Positions 19,011-27,251 of a stretch of 38,715 nucleotides of DNA are shown here, piece by piece. Position 1 is the first letter of the stretch. The number at the start of each line of letters is the position of its first letter. The position numbers were made by a program, and so were the translations under genes. The notes below the pieces were generated by a model. That model did no database searches. It worked only from the letters and a program-made list of their open reading frames with translations, and had not been told where the DNA came from. Source of the stretch: a virus (taxonomy: Duplodnaviria; Caudoviricetes); IMG/VR virus record IMGVR_UViG_3300032320_001552, positions 1 to 38,715 of that record; one strand, written 5' to 3'.

Positions 19011-19106
19011 CTACTTATCTCCTTGATCTACTTTATAAGTCATTGCAACATAGCATGCTACATATCCTAGAAAAAATGCGGGAAGCAATAATAATGAATG
19101 AACCAC
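19011..19106 (-). CDS. 31-aa hydrophobic peptide
   Basis: AAGGAGG RBS and GTG start; TATAAT upstream. Confidence 0.5.
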   Translation of the reverse strand: MVHSLLLLPAFFLGYVACYVAMTYKVDQGDK

Positions 19107-19147
19107 TGTAACCTCCTTTTTATTCTTATAATTATTATACTATTAGG

Positions 19148-19579
19148 CTAATCAAAAGTCAACTGGATTGGCTCATTAGTTTTTGCTATTTGTTTTAGGT
19201 ATCTAACTTCATCAATAATTTTATGCTTTAAGGCTACACTAATCATCTGATCAGAGTATGATCCTGCATCTGGAGTATCTGAAAAATATACTACATAATA
19301 CATAGACTCATAAACCTTTTTCATTATTGAGCCATTGGCAATTGCCTTTTTTACACTATCGGTTCTTTTGGCTCCTGGCCTCTTGCCATCGCCTTCTTTG
19401 CCACCCTTACACTCTATGTATTCATAACGATCTCCTTTTGCAAGGAAGTCAACTTCACAGCCAGTATTTTCCATATAGACATTTTTTTTAATATCTACAA
19501 AGCCTCTTTGTCTTAAATCTTCAAGAACCAATGCCTCAAAGTCATCCCCAGACTTTTTAGACTCAGACTGGAAATTCAT
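19148..19579 (-). CDS. PD-(D/E)XK nuclease-family protein
   Basis: G..FE..V...L...GF, EVDF, IECKG. Confidence 0.8.
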   Translation of the reverse strand: MNFQSESKKSGDDFEALVLEDLRQRGFVDIKKNVYMENTGCEVDFLAKGDRYEYIECKGGKEGDGKRPGAKRTDSVKKAIANGSIMKKVYESMYYVVYFSDTPDAGSYSDQMISVALKHKIIDEVRYLKQIAKTNEPIQLTFD

Positions 19580-19781
19580 TTTCTCCCCTAGCAAGAGCAG
19601 CACAAACCTCAAAAGCCTTCTTGGTTCTTCGGGACTTTATTTTTCCATATTGTTGCCATACCTGTTCTGTATAAAGTATGTCAGCAGCAATCTGCTCTCT
19701 GATTTCTTTTACCGTTGTGATGATAAGATCCATTACATAGGTCTTTTGTTCATCAGTTAAGTCGTCAGCCCACTTATCCAT
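19563..19781 (-). CDS. Hypothetical protein
   Basis: ORF track; TTGACT promoter upstream. Confidence 0.7.
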   Translation of the reverse strand: MDKWADDLTDEQKTYVMDLIITTVKEIREQIAADILYTEQVWQQYGKIKSRRTKKAFEVCAALARGENEFPV

Positions 19782-19849
19782 AATACCCCACCTGTCTAGT
19801 CTGTTAATAGTTTATCATTAAAACCAATAAAAGTCAATCTTAAAAGATG

Positions 19850-20038
19850 TTAGCCAATGCCATTTATGATTCTTTTATAATGTTTAACGGGATCAAGTCT
19901 GTGCCAAGAACCTAACTCATTACCCTCATATACTGTTCCAGTCTCTCTGTCTACTAAGAGCCATTTTTCAGGGCAGCGTGTAGTTACTTTAAGTTCAACA
20001 GGTTCGGCAGTCTCTTCAAATTCATGATATTTTCTCAT
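19850..20038 (-). CDS. Hypothetical protein (T.CP.KW.L.D.ETG.VY), leaderless
   Basis: TATAAT 6 nt before the ATG. Confidence 0.7.
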   Translation of the reverse strand: MRKYHEFEETAEPVELKVTTRCPEKWLLVDRETGTVYEGNELGSWHRLDPVKHYKRIINGIG

Positions 20039-20082
20039 ATATCCATTATACACGGTTTAAAAGTATATGGTATAATTAAATT

Positions 20083-20766
20083 ATGTTTACAGACAATCCC
20101 AATATCATCAAACTAGATGAAAAGATCTTTTTATACAGAAACTTTATTGCTCCAGAAAAGGTGCAACAAATAAATACCATTATGAGAGCAGAAGAACAGA
20201 CTTCTATGAAGCACTTCTTTGAAGAAACTCAGTTTGGTCTAACCCCAATGATTCCTGAACTCCATGAGGTATGGGAGCAAATTTCTGAATTGCTTTATCC
20301 AGAATACGTAATTCATCCACTACTTGCAATGCTTCATTTCAAAGAAGGTAGAGAAATGTTGCCACACTGCGATAGTCCAGGAGAAGATATGGATGAAGAA
20401 TTAACAGTACCTGATGTATGGGGAACATGCTGCCTATTATCTTGGGGAGCAATTACATACTTTGGTGACTTTACGGGTGGGGAAGTTTATTATCCAAATC
20501 AAAATGTAGAGATTGCTGTTCAACCAGGAGACCTAGTTATTCACGGTGCACATGATGATTGCATGCATGGAGTACGCAAGGTTACTTCTGGAAATAGATA
20601 TGCTTTTTCTACTTTTTCTTTAAGAGCAGACAAGAATCCTGGATCATTTTATAACTATAAGACTCCAGAATACTACGAGCACTCAAAGAAATTAACAAGT
20701 TGGCTTCTTCCATTAAAAGAAAATGAAAATTCTTTAAAGATGGAGTTGCCAGGTGCACAATACTAA
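20083..20766 (+). CDS. 2OG-Fe(II) oxygenase (prolyl-4-hydroxylase-like)
   Basis: HCD, YF.DF.GGE.YYP, PGDLVIH, HGV..V.SG.RY. Confidence 0.88.
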   Translation: MFTDNPNIIKLDEKIFLYRNFIAPEKVQQINTIMRAEEQTSMKHFFEETQFGLTPMIPELHEVWEQISELLYPEYVIHPLLAMLHFKEGREMLPHCDSPGEDMDEELTVPDVWGTCCLLSWGAITYFGDFTGGEVYYPNQNVEIAVQPGDLVIHGAHDDCMHGVRKVTSGNRYAFSTFSLRADKNPGSFYNYKTPEYYEHSKKLTSWLLPLKENENSLKMELPGAQY

Positions 20767-21415
20767 AAACATTCTAGATGTTTTTAAGCATCCTAATAGA
20801 ATTCAATTAGCAGAAAATATAATTGTTATTCCCAACTTTATTAGTTGGGGGACAGTTAGAGAAGTTCTTGCTCTTGCCAGAGATACAGACTACAGTATAT
20901 GGCCAAAGAATAGACCAGATCCAACCCAAATGAGAGATCATAGTCAGGGTTTGGAGATAATGGTTCCAATAGTAAATAAGATAAGAATGGCCTGCACTGA
21001 GGGATATTTTCCTAGAAGAAACCTTAATATAATTAAACTTGAAACAGGAGATTTTTGGGGAGAGCATGTTGATAGTGATCAATTCCTTCACCTTAGAAAG
21101 TTAAATGAAGAGTATGAAAAACAAAATGAGTTAGCAATTCAAAATGGCAAAGATCCTCTACCTTACAAAGAAGTAAACAATAACGTATTTGGTATGATTC
21201 TATACTTTAATAAGGCAGATGGTGGAGAAATTTACTATCCTAATCAAGACAACTTTGAATATAGCCCAAACCCAGGAGACTTGCTTCTTCATAGTTCAGA
21301 AGAACTTTGCAGACATGGCGTAAAGCCAGTTAAAAGCGGAACTAGATATTCTTATTCAAATGCAATTTATGAAAAAATCAAAGTTCCATATGACACTGTA
21401 TTGGATAAACAATGA
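20753..21415 (+). CDS. 2OG-Fe(II) oxygenase (paralog of the upstream gene)
   Basis: HVD, YFN..DGGEIYYP, PGDLLLH, HGV..V.SG.RY. Confidence 0.88.
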   Translation: MHNTKNILDVFKHPNRIQLAENIIVIPNFISWGTVREVLALARDTDYSIWPKNRPDPTQMRDHSQGLEIMVPIVNKIRMACTEGYFPRRNLNIIKLETGDFWGEHVDSDQFLHLRKLNEEYEKQNELAIQNGKDPLPYKEVNNNVFGMILYFNKADGGEIYYPNQDNFEYSPNPGDLLLHSSEELCRHGVKPVKSGTRYSYSNAIYEKIKVPYDTVLDKQ

Positions 21416-22125
21416 GTATACAACCAAAACTACAATCACATTTAAATGTCACTGGATTTACTTTAAATCCTATTAAGTCAGCAGAAGAAATTAAAAACCT
21501 AGTGGCTGGACTTGGAACATATCCACCAGTTCATATTTGTGATGCAGACAATTCTGTTGAGCATAGCAACTATATTGGAGAAATCATACTTGATAGCATA
21601 TTCTCTTATTATCAAAAAGATGCTGGCAATGCTGGAGTGTTTGTATCTGCATGCTATACAAATGGTTATGCAACACTAAAGTTTTGGGATGAATATCTTC
21701 CTGCAAGGTTTGAGTTTAACATGTATATCAATGGCTTCATGAAGGATGCAGATCTAGTTTTAGATCACCTAAAGGCTCCTGCAAGACCTTCAGACGGTAT
21801 TGGAGCATTTGACTATCAGTTCTCCCTAACAACAAAAGAAGTACCTTTTAATATGCTGTCAAAGAAAGATCCTAGTTTTGCAGATATAAAATTGGGAACA
21901 GATTTTGAAATTAATATAGAGACAAGAGAAATTACTGGAGATCCAAATCATTTAACTGAGATTACATGCTACTCTTGTACTGAACCTGCAACTTACTGGG
22001 GGATAACAAAGACTCCAGTTCCAATAGAGTCAAGACTAAACAAGTATAAACTAGAAGAAGATCTAATTAACTTTAAATTAGTTCCAGCATGTGTTAAGTG
22101 TAGAGATTACTTTAACAGAGAATAG
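21412..22125 (+). CDS. Divergent S-adenosylmethionine decarboxylase-like protein with C-terminal zinc finger
   Basis: H.NV.G....P, GN.G, FWDE..PA..EFNMY resemble phage SpeD; CYSC...CVKC. Confidence 0.45.
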   Translation: MSIQPKLQSHLNVTGFTLNPIKSAEEIKNLVAGLGTYPPVHICDADNSVEHSNYIGEIILDSIFSYYQKDAGNAGVFVSACYTNGYATLKFWDEYLPARFEFNMYINGFMKDADLVLDHLKAPARPSDGIGAFDYQFSLTTKEVPFNMLSKKDPSFADIKLGTDFEINIETREITGDPNHLTEITCYSCTEPATYWGITKTPVPIESRLNKYKLEEDLINFKLVPACVKCRDYFNRE

Positions 22126-22126
22126 T

Positions 22127-23356
22127 TTATTGCTTGGTTACAGAAACAATATAACCAGACTTTTGCTTTTGTAATACATTAATCTCATATCCTTCTGCAA
22201 TTAAAGACTTACCGACCTGAATTGTTCCAGTATTTGAGGTATGTGTCATATCTAAAACTGCTATAGAAACATCCTTTGGACCACCAGTTTTATTGATATT
22301 AACTGTATAGACTAAGATACCTTCCTGAAACATTCCAAGATTCTTATCTATCTTATTCTTTGTTCTATTCTCAACTACTAAAGCATAGTTTGCGCTTAGT
22401 TTGATTATGATAGCCTTAGTTTGTTTAGAAGTAACCCCAAGTGGTGATAGAAGGTGCACAGTCTTGCTTTTATTAATCTTAGCAATGCAGTCTACTTGAG
22501 AGTCATCCATCCAGCCCAAAAGGAACTTGTTCCATGCATAAATATCTGGTGCTGTAGCAACAGCATTAACAGACACATCCCAAATATATGGATACCAATC
22601 ATTAGATGCATGGATCATTCCAATTATATGTCCAACTTCATGAACTAGCCAAGGCTGTAAACCTTCTCTATAGTCCATAATTGTTGCTGCTGTGCCCAAT
22701 AACGCAAGGTAGAAAGATTTGCCATCATAAGTTCCACGCATGCCATAAGATCCACTATCATATATATACTTTGACGGTGTTACAATATTTACAAAATCAT
22801 ATTTAGAAAAGTCTATGTCATTATCTGCAGCAGACATCACCTGATTAATAAACCTATTACCTGCCATTAGCCCATTTTCTACATAATCAAAATGGTTGCC
22901 AAAATGATAAATCTTTTTACTATAATCAAACTTTAGTGTGTATTTCCCATAACTTGAATTATAATAAAATTCTTCTGCTTTAGGTATTTGAATCTCCAGC
23001 ATATTTGTCATATGGTCTTTATCAGAAGGATAGTCTGAGAAGTCTGCAAAAAGAGTAATTGCCTTGCGGTTTCCAACTGCAACTGGATGCTGTTGAGAGT
23101 TAAGTGGAAAGCCTAAGCGTTCTCTTCCATCAAAGATAGCATTTTTTAACTTACAGTTTTCAACATCTGATAAGTCTTTTCGATCTGTTAGTTCTATTTG
23201 TGCTGGTGCTTCAGGTGTTTTTACAGCAATAGGATATACTTTTAAAGCATATGAACTTTCTATAGATAAAAAAGTAAGCGAAGCAATAATTACAGAAACT
23301 ATGACATTTCTTTTATTCAAGACAAACCTCTTTTGTGTATTAGTTATCTTCAACAA
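22127..23356 (-). CDS. Secreted M6-family-like zinc metalloprotease
   Basis: Signal-peptide-like N-terminus; L.ADF.D, SYG, D.DIDFS.YD, HEVGH, AW.K..LGW, VE.R, G.LVY.V. Confidence 0.8.
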   Translation of the reverse strand: MLKITNTQKRFVLNKRNVIVSVIIASLTFLSIESSYALKVYPIAVKTPEAPAQIELTDRKDLSDVENCKLKNAIFDGRERLGFPLNSQQHPVAVGNRKAITLFADFSDYPSDKDHMTNMLEIQIPKAEEFYYNSSYGKYTLKFDYSKKIYHFGNHFDYVENGLMAGNRFINQVMSAADNDIDFSKYDFVNIVTPSKYIYDSGSYGMRGTYDGKSFYLALLGTAATIMDYREGLQPWLVHEVGHIIGMIHASNDWYPYIWDVSVNAVATAPDIYAWNKFLLGWMDDSQVDCIAKINKSKTVHLLSPLGVTSKQTKAIIIKLSANYALVVENRTKNKIDKNLGMFQEGILVYTVNINKTGGPKDVSIAVLDMTHTSNTGTIQVGKSLIAEGYEINVLQKQKSGYIVSVTKQ

Positions 23357-23507
23357 TATTGATTATGCGGTATTTGATATCATCATCGCCAGATACCTTT
23401 AGTCTGATATCTTCTGCTATCTTATTTCTAACTTTTCTAACAACCTTGTGAGTTCCATCACAGTTGCTTTCTAGATCTTTAGTAAAACCACACATACATT
23501 TACCCAT
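23340..23507 (-). CDS. CDGSH-type iron-sulfur domain protein (55 aa)
   Basis: MGKCMCGFTKDLESNCDGTHK. Confidence 0.7.
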   Translation of the reverse strand: MGKCMCGFTKDLESNCDGTHKVVRKVRNKIAEDIRLKVSGDDDIKYRIINIVEDN

Positions 23508-23518
23508 TATTCCCCCTA

Positions 23519-23644
23519 TTACTTAGTAGCAAACGGACATAGCCGTTGATATTCTGCATAACAATTTGCACAGTAAGGGCCACTCTTTAACACCTGAGTA
23601 GCATTGTTATCTTGACAATTTACACAAACAAGTCCAGTTGTCAT
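23519..23644 (-). CDS. 41-aa CxxC-CxxC peptide
   Basis: MTTGLVCVNCQ...YCANC; GGAG RBS. Confidence 0.55.
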   Translation of the reverse strand: MTTGLVCVNCQDNNATQVLKSGPYCANCYAEYQRLCPFATK

Positions 23645-23656
23645 CTATGGCTCCAA

Positions 23657-23806
23657 TCAGTTATCTTCTTTTATATAGTATATATCACTCTGGGTATCTT
23701 TGTCAAGAATGGCATTTTTAGGAACCCATCGTAATCTTCCATCCTTGTATTCTCGCTCATAGCCTAAAGATTTCCAGTCCATCTTCATAATTTTAGGCTC
23801 TTTCAC
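23657..23806 (-). CDS. Small hypothetical protein
   Basis: GTGA overlap with the upstream ORF. Confidence 0.5.
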   Translation of the reverse strand: MKEPKIMKMDWKSLGYEREYKDGRLRWVPKNAILDKDTQSDIYYIKEDN

Positions 23807-23922
23807 TGTCTATGCCTCTTCTTATTACCGTACTTGCTCTTTACCTCAGCCTTGGCTTTATCTATAATAGTCCTAGTAATCTCTTCAAGGTTAAACTCTT
23901 TATCAAACTCTGCTTCGTTCAT
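23803..23922 (-). CDS. 39-aa hypothetical protein
   Basis: ATGA overlap; AGGAG RBS. Confidence 0.55.
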   Translation of the reverse strand: MNEAEFDKEFNLEEITRTIIDKAKAEVKSKYGNKKRHRQ

Positions 23923-24143
23923 CTCAACTCCTTCTCAATAGCCTCAATAGTCGGGCATGGATAATAGACAAAGTAATCAATATCTATTGTACAGTGCTCA
24001 CAGATATCTTCACCAAAGTATTGATAACTACCTGGCTTATGTAATTCTACCACTGCACGAAGGGCATGATATGGGGTTTCTATGGTTCGGCTATTCATAA
24101 AGTGATCACTATTTATATCTCCTAGTAGTTCACTATGCTTCAT
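23919..24143 (-). CDS. Actinophage-type zinc-binding protein
   Basis: ALRAVVELH.P...CxxC...YPCPT. Confidence 0.7.
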   Translation of the reverse strand: MKHSELLGDINSDHFMNSRTIETPYHALRAVVELHKPGSYQYFGEDICEHCTIDIDYFVYYPCPTIEAIEKELR

Positions 24144-24352
24144 TAGTATCCCCCTGTGCATTCAGTTCTTGTGTGATATAGTCTTATCTTTGTTAATGTC
24201 TTTTTGTTTGGGGCATTGAGAAGTTCACCACAACACCCACAATTGAAGTCCCACTCCTTAGAGAAGAAGTCATAGCGCATACCCTTAAAATTGGCATACT
24301 TCTTGGCTACGAAGGTAGCAAAAGGATCGGGGATTTCAAGACTTCTAAGCAT
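24143..24352 (-). CDS. Small Cys/His protein
   Basis: MLRSLEIPDP...CGCC...H...C; TAATG coupling. Confidence 0.65.
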   Translation of the reverse strand: MLRSLEIPDPFATFVAKKYANFKGMRYDFFSKEWDFNCGCCGELLNAPNKKTLTKIRLYHTRTECTGGY

Positions 24353-24554
24353 CTCTACGCCAATGGATATAAGACCTAATATAAACAGCAGCATAGGCTA
24401 ATGCACTAAAGATGAACCCATACTGGTTTGTATAGATCGCATAGGCTATCCATAGACATTCATTAAACAATAGGACAAACCATCCCCAGATGGTCTTACG
24501 ACCAACAAAGAAGATGCCTGTAACGCCAATAACGGCTAATATCCATGACCACAT
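24345..24554 (-). CDS. Small PnuC-like membrane protein
   Basis: WSW.L..IG..G......K..WGW....E.LW..YA. Confidence 0.6.
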   Translation of the reverse strand: MWSWILAVIGVTGIFFVGRKTIWGWFVLLFNECLWIAYAIYTNQYGFIFSALAYAAVYIRSYIHWRRDA

Positions 24555-24555
24555 T

Positions 24556-24723
24556 TTAAAGCGTTAGACCATTTATATCTCTTGCTAGTTCTGTAGTCAA
24601 CTTAACAATAGCCTTGCTTGCTTCTTGGTTTGTTGGAATATGCATAAGGCTTGAAGCCAATGAGAGAGCAGTCAAGACCTGAGATTTTTCTAGTAGTTCT
24701 TCGTTTGTCAATTTTTTAGTCAT
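24556..24723 (-). CDS. 55-aa hypothetical protein, leaderless
   Basis: TTGACT-N17-TATAAT, then ATG 6 nt later. Confidence 0.6.
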   Translation of the reverse strand: MTKKLTNEELLEKSQVLTALSLASSLMHIPTNQEASKAIVKLTTELARDINGLTL

Positions 24724-24829
24724 ATATCCATTATACCCTTTGCCAGTCTATAAGTCAAGCCCAAATATGGATTTTAAAGTTCGGCGCAAAGTAGAGGGTA
24801 TACAAACCTTCATAAGCCCTACAAGGGCA

Positions 24830-24937
24830 TTAGCGGTGAGTAGCCTTCATATGCCTAGATAAACTATCATGTCCAAAGATACCCCATCTTAGATCCCATT
24901 GCTTTTTGCAAACGGGACATATGATTAACCTACTCAT
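24830..24937 (-). CDS. 35-aa C2H2-like zinc-finger peptide
   Basis: CPVC...L.RHM..TH. Confidence 0.55.
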   Translation of the reverse strand: MSRLIICPVCKKQWDLRWGIFGHDSLSRHMKATHR

Positions 24938-25025
24938 CCATCTCCTTCTCCCAAAGGATTAAACACTTAGTACACTGAATACCAAGTTCTCTCATATACC
25001 AGGTATGGCTACACTCTTTTGCCAT
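24930..25025 (-). CDS. 31-aa CxH/CxxC peptide
   Basis: MAKECSHTW...QCTKC. Confidence 0.5.
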   Translation of the reverse strand: MAKECSHTWYMRELGIQCTKCLILWEKEMDE

Positions 25026-25125
25026 AGGCACACCAAATCCTACCATCTTGCATAGTTTGATGAAGATCCCAGAACAGAGGGTCTTTTAAGGGCATTTCAC
25101 ATTTCTGACATTCTTGAGGTTTCAT
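25009..25125 (-). CDS. 38-aa CxxC peptide, leaderless
   Basis: TTGACT promoter with -10 just before the ATG. Confidence 0.55.
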   Translation of the reverse strand: MKPQECQKCEMPLKDPLFWDLHQTMQDGRIWCAYGKRV

Positions 25126-25162
25126 ATATCAATTATCCCAAAGGTTTGTATATAAGTCAAGT

Positions 25163-25240
25163 GGACAGTTTAAACTCATGTCCAGGAGTATAGAGAGTTA
25201 TGGCCTCTTCCACTAAAGGGAACAACCATCCGTGCCTCTA
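25163..25240 (-). ncRNA. Candidate sRNA A: long hairpin plus variant pseudoknot (CUGGAC form)
   Basis: Own promoter TTGACT(25274)-N17-TATAAT(25246); no ORF; UUCC-CUUUAGU-GGAA apex; actc-CTGGACAT-gagt-ttAAACTGTCC. Confidence 0.65.
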
Positions 25241-25300
25241 ATATTATTATAGCAAATTTTGCGGGGGAAGTCAAGATAGACCACATTACCCCTATAGTAA

Positions 25301-25411
25301 TTAAGCAGATAGATGAGATCTAAGGTGTTTAATACATACACCTACAAGGTTTGTGCTTAGCCATTCATTGTATCTGGCTTCAGCATCACAGAAATAACAC
25401 TTATCTTTCAT
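25301..25411 (-). CDS. 36-aa CxxC/CxxH peptide, leaderless
   Basis: MKDKCYFCD...VCIKH; TGCTATAAT upstream. Confidence 0.55.
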   Translation of the reverse strand: MKDKCYFCDAEARYNEWLSTNLVGVCIKHLRSHLSA

Positions 25412-25429
25412 ATTTATATTATAGCAGAA

Positions 25430-25558
25430 TCAGCAGTTATGGGAGCAGCCACATATGGTGCATACGCTGTCTTGAACAGTACAGTCATCACACCAATCAG
25501 GTGGAGTTTGTTTATACCCTGGAACATACTGGCTATAAGATGACTTTAATTTATCCAT
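25430..25558 (-). CDS. 42-aa Cys-rich peptide, leaderless
   Basis: PPDWCDDC...CTICGCSHNC; TATAAT upstream. Confidence 0.55.
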   Translation of the reverse strand: MDKLKSSYSQYVPGYKQTPPDWCDDCTVQDSVCTICGCSHNC

Positions 25559-25578
25559 TTAGTTATTATATCAAATAG

Positions 25579-25767
25579 TTATCCACAGGCTACACAGTAG
25601 TATGGGCTTCTGAAATTGTCCATATGAGTATAGATGGTTTGAGCACACTTAACACACTGGATATGCCCCATAGAAGGGTTTTTACGTACCGTTTTGAATG
25701 TGTAGTGCTTTGTATAGTATACCTTTGTGGCATACCATGTTAAGATTATTAAGGTTAAAGTTGTCAT
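25579..25767 (-). CDS. Membrane-anchored CxxC-CxxC protein
   Basis: ORF track. Confidence 0.65.
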   Translation of the reverse strand: MTTLTLIILTWYATKVYYTKHYTFKTVRKNPSMGHIQCVKCAQTIYTHMDNFRSPYYCVACG

Positions 25768-25799
25768 ATATACATGATATCACATGAAGGTTAACAGAG

Positions 25800-25820
25800 T
25801 TATCCACAGGTTTATCCACA
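25800..25820 (+). promoter_or_regulatory. Tandem perfect DnaA boxes (a third at 25579-25587)
   Basis: TTATCCACA at 25800 and 25812. Confidence 0.7.
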
Positions 25821-25855
25821 TATAAATCTTACTGATATTTTTTAGATTTTCTTAG

Positions 25856-25881
25856 AGTGGAGGAAAGTGGAGCAAAGTGGG
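25856..25881 (+). promoter_or_regulatory. MraZ-box-like triple repeat
   Basis: AGTGG-AGGAA-AGTGG-AGCAA-AGTGGG with 10-bp period. Confidence 0.6.
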
Positions 25882-26215
25882 TTATTGAGCGCTTAGACAG
25901 ATGGCCTCGTAATGTCCAAACCTCAACCCCTACCTAGCACAAAACCTTTATATTGTCAAACCTTCATATCGGAGATAGCGGATTATACATCCAAACCTTG
26001 TATTTGTCAAGCCCCAAACCTTAAAAACCCCCTATAAAAAATAGCCAAATTTGCTCAAAAATCCAGAAAAAAATATATAAAGGTTTGATAAATATTCAAA
26101 AACCAGGAGAAAAGGTTTGATATCGTAATGTTTTCTATAGGGGTATTTTAGATAAAGGTTTGTCTAATTTCCCCTGGAAAAAACGGGGGATCAAAATATG
26201 GTGTATACTTATACC

Positions 26216-26338
26216 ATGACAACTTACTCATACTCATGCGATGCTTGTGCATCAACGCTTTCTTTTGCAACAGACGTTCACCCAGAACCACAATCATGGA
26301 AATGCCCATGTGGTGAACTAATGTCTAAAGTTGGATAA
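26216..26338 (+). CDS. 40-aa zinc-ribbon peptide (FmdB-like), leaderless
   Basis: MTTYSYSCDAC...KCPCGELM; TATACT just upstream. Confidence 0.65.
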   Translation: MTTYSYSCDACASTLSFATDVHPEPQSWKCPCGELMSKVG

Positions 26339-26351
26339 CAAACCTTAAACG

Positions 26352-26522
26352 TTACTTGTCTTTAGGTTCCTGTGTTTTTTTGCGGGGAACAAAGAAAGAC
26401 TTAACCTTATCCCATTTACTATCTATAGTATTATATAGATCTTCCTTATGTTCTTTATGATTACTCATTGAATGACCAACAAAGTATGGACCATAAGGTT
26501 TGGAAAAGTGTCTAGGACTCAT
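26352..26522 (-). CDS. 56-aa hypothetical protein, leaderless
   Basis: TATAAT 6 nt before the ATG. Confidence 0.55.
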   Translation of the reverse strand: MSPRHFSKPYGPYFVGHSMSNHKEHKEDLYNTIDSKWDKVKSFFVPRKKTQEPKDK

Positions 26523-26664
26523 GTATCTATTATACCCGATGAATATGGAAAAAATTTAGTTCGTTCGTAATGTAAATTTCTGGAAAATTTTAGTTCCTTC
26601 GTAATAAGGTTTGGCCAAAAATAAGGTTTGACAATTTGTTAAGGTTTGTCTAGGGGCCGCCCCC

Positions 26665-26943
26665 TCAGACCTCTTCCAAACCAGATAACATTAATATCTC
26701 TGTAAGATTATCAAACCCCACATCATCAAGATCCAAACCAGATAAAAATAAATCAAAGGTTTGAGAAATATATCTCATACCATCATCTGTTGGAGCAGCA
26801 AGATTTTCTTCAACAAAGAATGCTAATGGCAAACCAATGTCATTGAATTCAACAAATGGTGCGAACTGACTTGTTGTGTCATCTCCATATAAAGAATATA
26901 ACTCTGCTAATATACTACACTTTTTAAGAAAGTTTGTTGTCAT
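26665..26943 (-). CDS. Hypothetical protein
   Basis: ORF track. Confidence 0.75.
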   Translation of the reverse strand: MTTNFLKKCSILAELYSLYGDDTTSQFAPFVEFNDIGLPLAFFVEENLAAPTDDGMRYISQTFDLFLSGLDLDDVGFDNLTEILMLSGLEEV

Positions 26944-27157
26944 AGTACCCCTGCTTTCTATTATATTCTACACCCTCTTTATTATATTCCGCTGCTTCCA
27001 GCACTTCCATAGCACGGGCATATGTAATGTAAGGAGTTGCCGTAGCAAGATAGAAACCAACTGCCTCCAAGTCAAGAGAGAAGTCTGACATTAGTTTAGA
27101 TATTGCTACTGCCACCTTTTCTTCTCTTGAAGTTGGCAATTTAATCCGCTTATACAT
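26924..27157 (-). CDS. Hypothetical protein
   Basis: ORF track; AGGAG RBS. Confidence 0.75.
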   Translation of the reverse strand: MYKRIKLPTSREEKVAVAISKLMSDFSLDLEAVGFYLATATPYITYARAMEVLEAAEYNKEGVEYNRKQGYYDNKLS

Positions 27158-27177
27158 TTTTCTCCTAATTAGATAAT

Positions 27178-27251
27178 GAGCAGTTTATACTCTTACTCAG
27201 GAGTCCACTTTGGCTAATTCCGCTGAAGGGAACGACTTATAGTGGGAACTC
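27178..27251 (-). ncRNA. Candidate sRNA/leader B: hairpin plus CUGAG pseudoknot
   Basis: Extended -10 TGCTACAAT ending at 27256; UUCC-CUUCAGC-GGAA apex; actc-CTGAGTAA-gagt-atAAACTGCTC. Confidence 0.6.

Larger units (their letters stand above)
25907..26648. repeat. Array of AAGGTTTG/CAAACCTT octamers and TCGTAAT heptamers
   Basis: About 12 octamers and 4 heptamers; orientation flips near 26050. Confidence 0.75.

Noticed and set aside
19148-19579. Restriction-modification system from the PD-(D/E)XK nuclease and nearby methyltransferases
   Set aside because: The methyltransferases have small-molecule/glycan-type motifs (YIDGDH, YIDANH), not DNA methyltransferase DPPY/NPPY or PC motifs.
25208-27232. 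True suppressor tRNAs or stop-codon recoding
   Set aside because: The UUA/UCA loops have no D arm, T arm or acceptor stem, and recognisable genes are intact and end normally at TAA, TAG and TGA under the standard code.
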